Assembly: GCF_018350175.1 (NCBI RefSeq)
Contig: NC_058368.1
Span: forward strand, 23,872,001 to 23,936,000
Source of the DNA: Felis catus
Taxonomy: Eukaryota
Length of the DNA: 64,000 bases
Direction: 5' to 3'
A program made the position numbers and the translations under genes. The notes beneath the pieces were generated by a model, which was not told the DNA's origin, did no database searches, and worked only from the letters and a program-made list of their open reading frames with translations. How positions within the stretch are numbered: position 1 is the stretch's first letter; every line of letters starts with the position of its first letter. Positions 37,426-49,819 of the stretch are shown here, in pieces.

Positions 37426-38689
37426 AGCATCGAAGTTGTTTGTCTCGCGTCCATGAAATACAGCCAGACCAACACTAAACCATTCTACACAGCTAGAAAA
37501 CCGATTGGAGGATTAACACAACAATCTGCACAACCAGAATCACAGAATTCAGCAGGTACATGGCAGAGAGAGGTGAACTTGAGGAGAGAAAGCCAGCAGC
37601 GGGCAGGGAGCCACTTTTGCAGGTGGAGAGAGGAAGGAGACTGGGGGTGGGGAGAATAGGGGGAAAGCACCCCTCCCCAAAAGCAGCTGGAGAGAAAGTG
37701 GAAAATTGGAAACAGCCGCAGGGACTAAACCAAAAAAGGAGAAAGGAGAGGGCTTAAATTCCATTAAGACTGTAAACAAGGGGAGCACAAAGTCTACAAC
37801 TCTGCAGCTAGATACCTGGTGGTGCTCTGCTGGGAAGGGCAAATACCTAGGAGCAGAGTGGGGTTCTCAGGCCACATGGGGAAAAATGGTTCCACTGCTG
37901 AAAGGACACTTGGTAGAGACTATTGAAGCCACCTGGTCCCAGCAGACCCCAGAAAACAGCCACATTCTCTGGTGCTGGATCAAGGTTGTTGAGGGTGAAG
38001 CCTGGTGCCAGATGTGTGTTGTGATTTTCCATAATCCCTGAAATGCTGCTGCTACACTATCTTGTGAACATTTTCTGGGGCAGGCTGGCACCTGGCTGCA
38101 GTCTTGGGGCACCAGCAGAAGCAGGGTCCTGCAAGTATTCCTGGGTGCAGCCGGCATTTGGCCATTGCTCAGTGAGACCCTCCTGCAGAGGGGTGGAATG
38201 AGTCAAAGCCGCAGTCCTTCAGAAGTATGGAGCCAGGGAGAAACAGCCACATCTGAGACAAAACTCGGGAGAGAGGTACTGCCTGGGACCTGGTCATGGA
38301 GAGTGAAGAAGCTGGAGCAGACAGAAGCTGAAGACAGAGGACAGGTGCGTGTTTGCTGATCGGGAAGAACAGAGTGCCGATACTAGAGACTGGGTAGCTG
38401 GGTGACATTTTCACCAGTCCTGCGCATGGGCATGCGCACCTACGAACACCTCAATAATCCACCCCAGTAGGCTAGCAGCACCATCTAGTGGATAATGGAG
38501 CCATAACACTGAGCCCCGCCCAATTTGGCCAACTTCGCTCTTCAAGAACACAAGTCTTACCGCCTACTTAGTTTATAGACTATAAAGTGCTACATAGTCT
38601 GACTTCTAGGGGAAAACGAAGTAATTTCAGTCCTATTTCAATCTGTTAGCAGATCCATCTATTCAATTTTCTTTTTTCTTTTTTGTCTT

Positions 38690-39300
38690 TTACACTACTT
38701 TTCTTTTTCCTGAATACAGAAAGAGAAAAAATTCATTTTTATTTTCAATTTTTAATAAAAATATTTTTCATTTTTTACTCTATTTTTTAGTTTGTGTAAT
38801 TTTTTTTAATTTCTATCTTACTTCCATCATTTTATTTTAGTCTACTTCAGTGTATTCACGTTTTCAAATTTCCAAACGATTTCCTTTTTTTTCTTTTTTC
38901 TTTTTGTTTCTTTTCTTGAATGCAGAAAGAGAAAAACTTAATTTTTACTTTCAATTTATATTGAAAATATTTTCCTTTAACTTTTTACTATATTTTTTTC
39001 TTTAGTATAAATTTTTTCAAATTCTATTTTACTTCCATCATTTTATTTTAGCATACTACAGTGTATTCACTTTTTCAAATTTTCAAACAATTTTTTTCTA
39101 TTTTTCGTTTTTCTTTTTCTTGAATACAGAGAAAAAATTTTTATTTTTAATTTTTATTAAAAATATTTTTAATTTTTTTCTATTATATTCTTTACTTTTG
39201 TGTAAATTTTTTCAAATTCTATTTTACCCTATCACCTCATTTTAGTCTATTTCAGTGTATTCATTTTTTCAAATGATTTTTTTTTCCTTTCTTACCTTTT
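38690..39300 (+). repeat. Three imperfect T-rich tandem units of about 205 bp in the L1 5'UTR
   Basis: Anchor TGAAT(A/G)CAGA recurs at 38711, 38917 and 39121; CAGTGTATTCA occurs once per unit. Confidence 0.88.
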
Positions 39301-39475
39301 TTTTTTCTCTAATCTGTCAAACCACTTTCAACAATCAGACCAAAACACACCTAGGATCTAACATCATTTGTTAGATTTGTGTGTGTGTGTGTAATTTTTT
39401 AATTTTAATATTTTTTAATTTTAATTGTTTTAATTTTAATTTTTCTACCTCATTAATTCCTTTTTTCCCTTCAAA

Positions 39476-40360
39476 ATGACAAACCGAAGGAATTCACCCC
39501 AAAAGAAAGAGCACGAAGGAACGAAAGCCAGGGATTTAACCAACACAACAGATGCAAGCAAGCTTTCTGAACCAGAATTTAGAATCACGATAACAAGAAT
39601 ACTAGCTGGAGTTGAAAATAGGTTAGAATTCCTTTCTGCAGAGACAGAAGAAGTAAAAAATAGAATTAAATAAAAAATGCTATAACTGAGCTGCAATCAC
39701 AGATGGATGCCACGATGGCAAGGATGGATGAGGCAGAACAGAGAAACAGCGATATAGAGGACAAACTTATAGAGAATAACAAAGCAAAAAAAAAGAGGGA
39801 GATTAAGGCAAAAGAGAACAATTTAAGAATTAGAGAAATCAGTGACTCATTAAAAAGGAACAACATCAGAATCATAGGAGTCCCAAAAGAGGAAGAGAGA
39901 GAAATATGGGTAGAAGGGTTATGTGAGCAAATCATAGCAGAAAACTTTCCTAACCTGGGGAAAGACACAGACATCAAAATCCAGGAAGCACGGAGGACCC
40001 CCATTAGTTTCAAGAAAAAAAAGACGGCCATCAACAAGGCATATCATAGTCAAATTCACAAAATACTCAGGCAAGGAGAGATTTATGAAAGCAGCAAGGG
40101 AAAAAAAGTCCCTAACCTACAAGGGAAGACAGATCCGGTTTGCAGCAGACCGATCCACAGAAACTTGGCAGGCCCGAAAGGAGTGGCAGGATATATTCAA
40201 TGTGCTGAATCAGAAAAACATGCAGCCAAGAATTCTTTATTCAACAAGGCTGTCATTCCAAATAGGAGGAGAGATAAAAAGTTTCCCAGACAAACAAAAA
40301 TTAAAGGAGCTTATGACCACTAAACTGGCCCTGCAAGAAATTTTAAGGGGAATTCTCTGA
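39476..40360 (+). pseudogene. L1 ORF1p, frameshifted
   Basis: MTNRRNSPQKKE..., ISDSLKRNNIRIIGVP, IIAENFPNLGK, ETWQARKEWQDIF, EILRGIL* spread over three ORF-track pieces. Confidence 0.93.
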
Positions 40361-40529
40361 GGGGAGAAAAGATGAAAATATAGATTTTCAGCAACAAAGA
40401 TTAGAAGGAACAGAGAACACCACCAGAAACTCCAACTCTACAAGCATCATCATGGCAATAAATTAGTATCTTTCAGTACTCACTCTAAATGTCAATGGAC
40501 TCAATGCTCCAATCAAAAGACATAGAGTA

Positions 40530-40728
40530 GGGGCACCTGGGTGGCTTAGTCAGTTAAGCATTCGACTTCGGCTCAGGTAATGATCTCCACATTCAAGCCC
40601 TGCAATGGGCTCTGTGCTGACAGCTCGGAGCCTGGAGCCTACTTTGTACTGTCTCCCTCTCTCTCTACTTCTCCCTCACTCATGCTGTCTCTCTGTCATA
40701 AATAAATAAACTTAAAAATTTTTTTAAG
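40530..40728 (+). mobile_element. Can-SINE 3 inserted in the L1 ORF2 EN domain
   Basis: GGGGCACCTGGGTGGCTTAGTCAG head; TSD AAGACATAGAGTA / AAGACAAAGGGTA (2 mismatches). Confidence 0.92.
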
Positions 40729-41139
40729 AAGACAAAGGGTAACAGAATGGATAAGAAAACAAGATCCATCTATATGCTGTTTATAAGAGACCCACTTTAG
40801 ACCTAAAGACACCTTCAGATTGAAAATAAGGGGATGGAGAACCATCTATCATGCTAATGGTCAACAAAAGAGCTGGAGTAGCCATACATATATCAAATAA
40901 TCTAGACTTTATAATAAAGACTGTATCAAGAGATGCAGAAGGGCATTATATCATAATCAAGGGGCCTATCCACCAAGAAGACCTAACAATTGTAAACATG
41001 TATGCACAAATGTGAGACCACACAAATATATAAATCAATTAATCACAAACATAAAGAAACTCATCGATAGTAATACCATAATAAGAGACTTCAACACCCC
41101 ACTCACAGCAATGGACAGATTATCTAATCAAAAAAATCA

Positions 41140-41359
41140 GGGGCGCCTGGGTGGCACAGTCGGTTAAGCGTCCGACTTCAGCCAGGTCACGATCTCGCGG
41201 TCCGGGAGTTCAAGCCCCGCGTCAGGCTCTGGGCTGATGGCTTGGAGCCTGGAGCCTGTTTCCGATTCTGTGTCTCCCTCTCTCTCTGCCCCTCCCCCGT
41301 TCATGCTCTGTCTCTCTCTGTCCCAAAATAAATATAAAAAACGTTGAAAAAAAATTAAA
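41140..41359 (+). mobile_element. Young SINEC_Fc-type Can-SINE 4 inserted in the L1 ORF2 EN domain
   Basis: CpG-rich near-consensus body, tail AAACGTTGAAAAAAAATT; TSD AAAAAAATCA at 41130-41139 and 41360-41369. Confidence 0.96.
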
Positions 41360-44300
41360 AAAAAAATCAACAAGGAAACAATGGCTTTGAATGACACATG
41401 GACCAGATGGACTTATCAGATATATTCACATTTCATCCTAAAGCAGCAGAATATACATTCTCCTCCAGTGCACATGGAACATTCTCCAGAATAGAAAACA
41501 TACTGGGACACAAATCAGCCCTCAGCAAGTACAAAAAGATCGAGATCATACTGTGCATATTTTCAGACCATAATGCTACGAAACTTGAAATCAACCACAA
41601 GAAAAAATTTAGAAAGTTAACAAATACTTGGAGACTAAAGAACATCCTACTAAAGAATGAATGGGCTAACCAAGAAGTTAAAGAGGAAATTAAAAAGTAT
41701 ATAGAAGCCAATGAAAATGAGAACACCACAACCCAAAACCTCTGGGATGCAGCAAAGGCAGTCATAAGAGGAAGGTATATAGCAATCCAGGCCTTCCTGA
41801 AGAAGGGAGAAAGATCTCAGATAAACAACCTCACCTGAGGCCTTAAGGAGCTGGAAAAGGATCAGCAAATAAAACCCAAAACCAACAGAAGGCAGGAAAT
41901 AATAAAGATTACAGCAGAAATTAATGCCATCGAAACAAAAAACAAAAAACAAAAAACAAAACAAAAAAAACAAAAAAAAACAAAAACCCAGAAAAGATCA
42001 TTGAAACCAGATGCTGGTTGTTTGAAAGAATTAACAAAATTGATAAACCACTAGCCAGTTTGATCAAAAAGAAAATGGAAAGGACCCAAATAAATAACAT
42101 CAAGAATGAAAGAGGAGAAATCACAACCAACATAGCAGGTAAAAAACAGTAAGAGAATATTATGATCAATTATATGCCAATAAAATGGGCAATCTGGAAG
42201 AAATGGACCTATTCCTAGAAACATATACACTACCAAAACTGGAACAGGAAGAAATAGAAAATGTGAACAGACCCATAACCAGTAAGGAAATAGAATTAGT
42301 AAGCAAAAATCTGCCAAAAAACAAGAGTCCAGGGCCAGATGGCTTTCCAGGGGAATTCTACCAAACATTTAAGGAAGAGTTAACACCTATTCTCTTGAAA
42401 GTGTTCCAAAAAATAGAAATGGAAGGAAAACTTCCAAACTCTTTCTATGAAGCCAGCATGACCTTGATTCTAAAACCAGACAGAGACCCCACTAAAAAGG
42501 AGAACTATAGACCAATTTCCCTGATGAACATGGATGCAAAAGTCCTCAACAAGATAGTAGCCAACTGGACCCAACAATACATTAAAAAAAATCATTCACC
42601 ACAACCAAGTGGGATTTATACCTGGGATGCAGGGCTGGTTCAATATCCATAAAACAATTAACATGATTCATCACATCAATAAGAGAAAGGATAAGAACCA
42701 CATGATACTCTCAATAGAGGCAGAGAAAGCGTTTAACAAAATACAGCATCCTTTCTCGATACAAACCCTCAAGAAAGTAGGGATAGAAGGAGCATACTCA
42801 AGATCATAAAAGCCATATATGAATGATCCAATGTTAATATCATCCTCAATAGGGAAAAACTGAGAGCTTTCCCCCTAAGGTCAGGAACAAGACAGGGATG
42901 TCCACTCTTACCACTGTTATCCAACATAGTATTGGAAGTCTTAGCGTCTGCAATCAGACAACACAAAGAAATAAAAGGCATCCAAATCAGCCAGCAGGAG
43001 GTCAAACTTTCACTCTTCCCAGATGACATGATACTCTATATGGAAAACCCAAAAAATTCCACCAAAAAAACTGCTAGAACTGATTCATGAATTCAGCAAA
43101 GTGGCAGGATATAAAATCAACCCACAGAAATCAGTTGCATTCCTATACACCAACAATGAAGTGACAGAAACAGAAATAAAGGAATCAATCCCATTTGCAG
43201 TTGCACCAAAACCCATAAAATACCTAGGAATAAATCTATCAAAGGGGTGAAAAATCTATACACTGAAAACTACAGAAAGCTTATCAAAGAAATAGAAGAA
43301 GACACACACACACAAACACACACACACCAAGGAAAAAGATCCCATGCTCCTGGAAGAAAAAATAGTGTTAAAATATCAATACAACCCAAAGCAATCTACA
43401 TATTCAATGCGATCCCTATCAAAGTAACACCAGCATTCTTCACAGAGCTAGAACAAATAATCATAAAATTTGTATGCAAACAGAAATGACCCCTAATAGC
43501 AAAAGCAATCTTGAAAAAGAGAACCAAAGCAGGAGGCATCACAATCCCAGACTTCAAGCTATACTACAAAGCTATAATCATCAAGACAGTATGGTACTGG
43601 CACTAGAACAGATACTCAGGTCAATGGAACAGAATAGAGAACCCAGAAATGGACCCACAAATGTATGGCCAACTAATCTTTGACAAAGCAGGAAAGACTA
43701 TCCAATGGAATAAAGACAGTGTCTTCAGCAAGTGGTGCTGGGAAAACTGGACAGCGACAGGCAGAAGAGTGAACCTGGACCACTTTCTTACACCATATAC
43801 CAAAATAAACTCAAAATGGATGAAACACCTCAATGTAAGGCAGGAAACCATCAAAATCCTCTAGGAGAAAGCAGGAAAAAACCTCTCTGACCCTGGCCAC
43901 AGCAACTTCTTACTCAACATGTCTCTGGAGGCAAGGGAAACAAAAGCAAAAATGAACTATTGGAACCTCATCAAAGTAAAAAGCTTCTGCACAGTGAAGG
44001 AAACAATCAGCAAAACTAAAAAGAAACTGACAGAATGGGAGAAGATATTTGCAAATGACCTATCAGATAAAGGGTTGATTCCAAAATCTGTAAAGAACTT
44101 AGCCAAACTCAACACCCCAAAAACAAATAATGCAATGAAGAAATGGGCAAAAGACATGAATAGACACTTCTCCAAAGACGACATCCAGATGGCCAACTCA
44201 CAACACATGAAGAAATGCTCAACATCACTCATCATCAGGGAAATACCAATCAAAACCACAATGAGATACCACCTTACACCTGTCACAATGGGTAACAATA

Positions 44301-46516
44301 ACAACTCAGGCAACAACAGATGTTGGTGAGGATGCAGAGAAAGAGGATCTCTTTTGCATTGCTGGTGGGAATGTAAGCTGGTGCAGCCACTCTGGAAAAG
44401 TTGTTGGAAGTTCCTCAAACAACTAAAAATAGAACTATGACCCAGCAATTGCACTACTAGGCATTTATCCAAGGGATGCAGGTGTGTTGTTTCTAAGGGA
44501 CACATGCACCCTCATGTTTATAGCAGCGCTATAAACAATAGCCAAAGAATGGAAAGAGCCCAAATGTCCATTGATGGATGAATGGATAAAGAAGATGTGG
44601 AATATATATACAATAGAGTATTACTCAGCAATCAAAAAGAATGAAATCTTGCCATTTGTAACTACATGGATGGAGCTGGAGGGTATTATGCTAAGTGAAA
44701 TTAGTCAGAGAAAGACAAAAATCCTATGACTTCACTCATGAGGACTTTAAGAGACAAAACAGATGAACATAAGGGAAGGGAAGCAAAACTAATATAAAAA
44801 CAGGGAGGGGGACAAAACAGAAGAGACGCATAAATATGGAGAACAAACCGAGGGTTACTGGAGGGATTGTGGGAGGGGGGATGGGTGAAATGGGTAAGGG
44901 GCATTAAGGAATCTACTCCTGAACTCATTGTTGTATGTATGCTAACTAATTTGGATGTAAATTTTGAAAAACGTAAAAAAATAAAACAAGTTAAAAAAAG
45001 AAAAAAGAAAAAAATAAACATTAAGAAAAAAAAGAAAATTCCTGAGAGTGGCACATTCAACTTAAAAAAAATATATATTTACACTTCAATATGACAAAGT
45101 TTATTAAATAATTTTCTGAGGGAGGATTATAATGGGAAGAGTCAGAATGGAGAGAATATGAGGCCACTGGAGGGTGGATAGAAGGAGAAACTGCCAGGGA
45201 AAGGATTCAGAAATAAAGGAATGAGAACTTAGTGTAAGAAGGATATGCCAGTAGGCATATGCTATTGCGCATTTTGGCTTTGCCCCAATTCTAAATTTGC
45301 ATACCGCACTAAAAATAAACTGAAATACATTACAATTCTCTCACTCAATTCTTTTGATATGTAACTGCGATATAGCTGAGGTGTCTTTGGTTTATAAAAA
45401 TAACCACTTGTATATAGAATACAAGATAGTTATTTCAAACTGTGTATGTATCATGTGTGATATATTTGCATAAATGATTTAAATATCACCTTTTCCAGAT
45501 GCACACATAACCAATGAATAAACATTCTTGAAATACTTAAAAATAATTAGGGTTAAATGTAAGTACCTATCCTATTGATTCTTTGGGCTATAGAATTTAT
45601 TTATGAGCCCTAAATGGGTAAAGCTAGTAGCTAGGCATTTATGAGGAAATGGCAGCTGGCCTTGTACCTGGTAGCTAAAAGTCTGCTCTTATAGCTTCAC
45701 TTCATTATCATCAATGTGGTAAAAGAGTAATTAGAAACTTTATTTCTCAGTTATACACTCATTAAAACAGTCAACAAAATATTTTTTAAGCCATTATTGT
45801 GCTAGCTTCTCAAGGAGTCAATGCCCATTTGGCCATCCTTAGCCTAGCAAATAGTTTTTCTTCATGATCATGTGACTAAGAGTATATTAGGGCTTATTTT
45901 AGCTAAGGAACCCAAAAACATTAGAAACCAATTCTGAACCAATCAATTCGCAAGATGCTGGTGGAGAGAATACAGACTGATAATGACCAGCCAAGTAAGG
46001 TAAATTAATTCTCAGTCTTCATAAGATATTCTCCAATTCCCAACATGGAGCCATGGTCTGGACCACACAGAGGATTCATTTCTTCTATTGGTAAGGCAGG
46101 GCAAAGGGGTCAAAAGACAAGAACCTCTGAAGCAAAGGAAGCCTACTTCATCCATTTTCATTCAAGGCTCAAAAGTGAATCTCAGATCACACCATGCCAG
46201 CTTGATGAAAGGGACTATCACTAGTGTCAGGGGAAAGGGAGTAAGAGGACTAAGTGCTTGAAATAACTCCTTTATTTACATCAATGAATCTCTAGCTACA
46301 GAAAAGATGACCCCAACAGTGGTCATCAGCACTCCTCTTCCTTGAAAGAAGAGAATAAAAAATAAGGAAAGGGTCGAAGTAGAAAGAGGACCTGGGATCA
46401 CCCCAGAAGACAGCACCATGCATTGATATAGGCATGATGTGTGCTATTCACACAGGGCTGAACCAGATAACAAAGAAGAGAACGTCAGCAAAACAAGTAT
46501 ATGATGTGGTTCTTAC

Positions 46517-46540
46517 CTCAGTAAAAACATTAGTGATCAG
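46517..46540 (-). other. Candidate 24-nt micro-exon (phase 0, LITNVFTE), unverified
   Basis: Minus strand: CTAAT..CCCTAAATTCTATGTTTCCTTGTGTTTTAG | CTGATCACTAATGTTTTTACTGAG | GTAAGA. Confidence 0.25.
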
Positions 46541-47159
46541 CTAAAACACAAGGAAACATAGAATTTAGGGTAAAAAATCATTAGTAATTGTCAAATCCAA
46601 CTCCAAACCGATGAAGAAATTTCCCCAGGATCAATAGTTCTTCCATGGCCAAGACCTAGAGACAACCAAAGATTGCCCTTACAACAGTGGTGTTTCCACA
46701 GCAATGCCCACTACAGTAGAAAGTAGGTTGGGCAAGACCTCCAAGAGGCAGCAGGTGAGTCCATGCAAGCTGATAATATGTCAGGTTTACTGAGGTTATA
46801 CGATGTTGATGACTTTATGTGCATAACATGAACCAATCCTTGAGGTAAAAATCTGTATGAGAATTTTCTAGAGTTGACTTCAGAGACTTTGTTTCAAATG
46901 TATATCAATCCTAGCATAAATCTTCTATAAGTGGTTAGGATGCTTACACAACTCTCCCAAATTTTATCTCTCAATAGTCCAATTCATCTATGCCTTCACA
47001 TTAAAATTAAAACAATTACGTAATTTTTGATTACACAGTAAAACCCAATGAGACCTTCCAAGGTTTGTTAAACAGTTGTGCTCAGTGCAGTAGAGGAAAG
47101 GGACACTACAATCCTTGATTAGTGCTGAGGGGCAACCTCAAGTCCTTCAGTCTCTGCTT

Positions 47160-47335
47160 CAATGATTCTGAACCTTGGTCCCACATCAGGACCAACTGGG
47201 AGGCTTTTAAAAACTCCCACTGCCCAGGCTGCATCCCAGATAAAGGGGATCAAACTCTCTGGGGATGGGGTCCAGCTTCAATATTTTTAAAGGCCCTCAG
47301 GTTATTTTATGTGCAACCAAAGTTCAGAACCACTG
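47160..47335. mobile_element. MER5A-like hAT-Charlie MITE
   Basis: Terminal inverted repeats CAATGATTCTGAAC / GTTCAGAACCACTG; internal CTCTCTGGGGATGGGG...ATTTTTAAAGGCCCTCAGGT. Confidence 0.85.
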
Positions 47336-48199
47336 TTAGAATGAGTTGTTTTAGATGATTATAGCTGCCTAAGCACCATGACTCAAAGTAGGGAAAAATA
47401 GTCTAGAACAACTGTCACCAGTGGTTGTTTCTCTTACAATATTGTTTCTCATACAATATTGAAATTTGTGAATGCTTTAAAGATACCCTCAACCATAGAA
47501 CATTACAGAGATTATGAAGCTTCACTTAACCCAAGGAAATTGGAGCAAAATTCTTATCTGAAGAAAGAAATCATAATTATCTTATTAAAATAATAGTATG
47601 TATCCTCAAAATCAATCTCTACTAAGTTCCCCAGCAGGATTAACGTGATCTTATTGTAGAACATTCCAGAATACCTGCAGCTAAGGGGCTCTTCTACAGA
47701 GCTGGACACTTCTGCTCCCATCCACTAAGATATATGCTCGCCAGGAATTAGTTTTATTTGTTCGTTCCTACTACTTGCCTTTATAGCTATTACCCTAATT
47801 AATTTTATATTTAATAAACCCAAACCAATTTAGATGTGTGCAAAAGGAAATCTTTTTTCTGTAAAACCAAAATGCTTAGAAAAACTTGATAAGAACAAAT
47901 CACTGATCATGTTATTGATTATATATTATAGATATATATTTCATATTACTACCTACATTTATATATACTTATGCATACATATTTGTGTTATATATAATAG
48001 GCCAGACAAATTCAAAGGCTTTTTGAATTCACCAATTGTTAGCTGAAATCATGGATGAAAAACAGTCTTCTTTTGTAGTGGGAGAGTAAAGCATGAGTGC
48101 TGGCCAAGAATTTTGTCAGATATCATGCTTTCCTTTCTAGTGTGAGTGAGGACATTTTCACGGAAGATCTATTCTAAATAGATACACAGGGGAATAAGA

Positions 48200-48680
48200 A
48201 GATCACAGGCCTCAGAATAAGACAATTTAGTTTCCAATCACTACTCTGACACTGACTAGCTTTGTCATTTGGGAAAGTTATTTACCCTCCCCGGGCGTCA
48301 TTTACTTTAACATGAGCTTAATAAGAAGACAGTGAGTAGTTAACAAATGAGGTATGTGGAGAGAAGTGTATGACAGAGTTAACAGGTTTGGACCCTGGAC
48401 TCAGAGATCTTAGTTTAAATCCCCATGATGCCATTTATTAGCTTTGTAACCCTGGGCAAGTGTCTAAAATTTTATGAGCCTCCATTTCCTCTTCTGTAAA
48501 GAAGAGTGGCTTCTAGAAAAACCACAATGTAGCCTTTATAAAGGTTTTTGCAGAATTAAATAAAACAATGCATGTAAAGCACTTATAATATTGTCAGGGA
48601 CTTAGTAAGTGCTAGACAAATATTAATTATTGTTATTGGCAAAAACATGAGGCACCTAGTAAGTGCTTAAGGTGTTATAG
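48200..48680 (+). mobile_element. Two tandem MIR relics
   Basis: CACTGACTAGCT...GGGAAAGTTATTTACCCTC and GCCATTTATTAGCTTTGTAACCCTGGGCAAG...GAGCCTCCATTTCCTCTTCTGTAAA...TAGTAAGTGCT. Confidence 0.75.
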
Positions 48681-49239
48681 AATTAGTAGCTACTGTAATT
48701 ATTAACATTATTATCATAATTATTTTTTGCCCTGGTTTTAAGATAAGATATTGTATGGTAATTTGGAATATACTGTAGAAATTCCATTTGCTTTGACTCA
48801 CCTCCATGGAGGAAAATGATAAGGTCCTGCACCAAATAGGGGTTTAAGCAATTAATAGCCCTGTGAGCTTTTGAATTCTGTGAAGACAATCCTTACAGCA
48901 TTTAAGATTAACTTGCTGAGTAATGGCTGAGGAGTTTTTATTGAGCTAAATGCTCTGTGATTAAAGCCATTATATCTTTGAACTAAATTGGCAGTAAGGA
49001 GATTCTGATTTGAAGGCATAGTTTTGTGATATTAGATTCCAGAGTTTAGAAAAAACAACGGCAAGTAATTGCAAAGGAGGTAGAACTATACCTATTTGTT
49101 GACCATACCTTGACTATACCTACTTCTTTTTAAAAGTGTGACAACATTTTTAATTCCCACCTGTAACAAAATTTAAAGTTTACGTGAGTTTTCCATCTCC
49201 CTGAAATCTCCTTCTTTCTCTCCAATCTTCAGTGAAATC

Positions 49240-49441
49240 TTTTTTATTTTAAGTTTTTATTTATTTATTTTGAGAGAAAGAGTATGTGAGCAGGGGAGGA
49301 GCAGAGAGAGACACTCTCAAGCAGACTCTGCACTATCACCGTAGAGCCCCATGCAGGGCTTGAATCCATGAACCATGAGATCATGACCTGAGCCAAAATC
49401 AAGAGTTGGATGCTTAATTGACAGAGCCACCTGGACACCCC
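49240..49441 (-). mobile_element. Can-SINE, minus strand
   Basis: TTTATTTATTTATTTTGAGAG...GAGATCATGACCTGAGCCAAAATCAAGAG...GAGCCACCTGGACACCCC. Confidence 0.93.
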
Positions 49442-49484
49442 AGAACTCATTTCTTAAAGATGAATAATTAAAACACTTGACAGG

Positions 49485-49815
49485 AACGGAGCTAGAGAGT
49501 ATTATGGTAAGCAAAATAGATCAAAGACAAATGCCACAGGATTTTACTTGTATGTGAAATTTAAGAAACAAAACAAGCAAAGAGAGAAAGAGAGAGACAA
49601 ACCAAGAAACAGACTCTTAACTATAGAGGACAAACTGATGGTTACCACACATGAGGTGGGGGGTAGTTAAATAGGTGATGAGGATTAATGAATACGCTTG
49701 TGATGAGCACCAAGTGATGTATACAATTATTGAATCACTGTATTGTACATCTGAAACTAGTAATATAACATGGTATGTTAACTATATTGGAAATTAAAAG
49801 ACAATAAAAAAATAA
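49485..49815 (+). mobile_element. Carnivore L1 3'-end fragment
   Basis: GAGCTAGAGAGTATTATG, AAACAGACTCTTAACTATAGAG, GAATCACTGTATTGTACATCTGAAACT and an A-rich tail. Confidence 0.88.
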
Positions 49816-49819
49816 AATA

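Larger units (their letters stand above)
40452..44730 (+). pseudogene. L1 ORF2p (EN-RT-CCHC), disrupted by stops, frameshifts, two SINEs and microsatellites
   Basis: [53 protein letters not shown] motifs. Confidence 0.95.
37400..44992 (+). mobile_element. Full-length carnivore/felid LINE-1, inactivated
   Basis: GAGGAGCCAAGATGGC 5' end, about 2-kb 5'UTR, ORF1, ORF2, 3'UTR and A tail; TSD AAAAAAAGAAAAAAGA at 37384-37399 and 44993-45008. Confidence 0.97.

Noticed and set aside
37222..38414. Multiple ORFs in GC-rich sequence
   Set aside because: They lie in SINE 2 and the L1 5'UTR; stop-poor composition explains them.
37400..44992. Possibly active full-length L1
   Set aside because: ORF1 is frameshifted; ORF2 has a stop at codon 5, further stops and frameshifts, and two SINE insertions.
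46702..46760. Plus-strand CAG|GTGAGT donor with a short upstream frame MPTTVESRLGKTSKRQQ
   Set aside because: An isolated good donor with a weak acceptor and no partner exons; expected by chance.
47810..47910. Possible Tigger-type transposase relic (MCAKGNLFSVKPKCLEKLDK...)
   Set aside because: The resemblance is from memory only and is too short and degenerate to support without a Dfam search.
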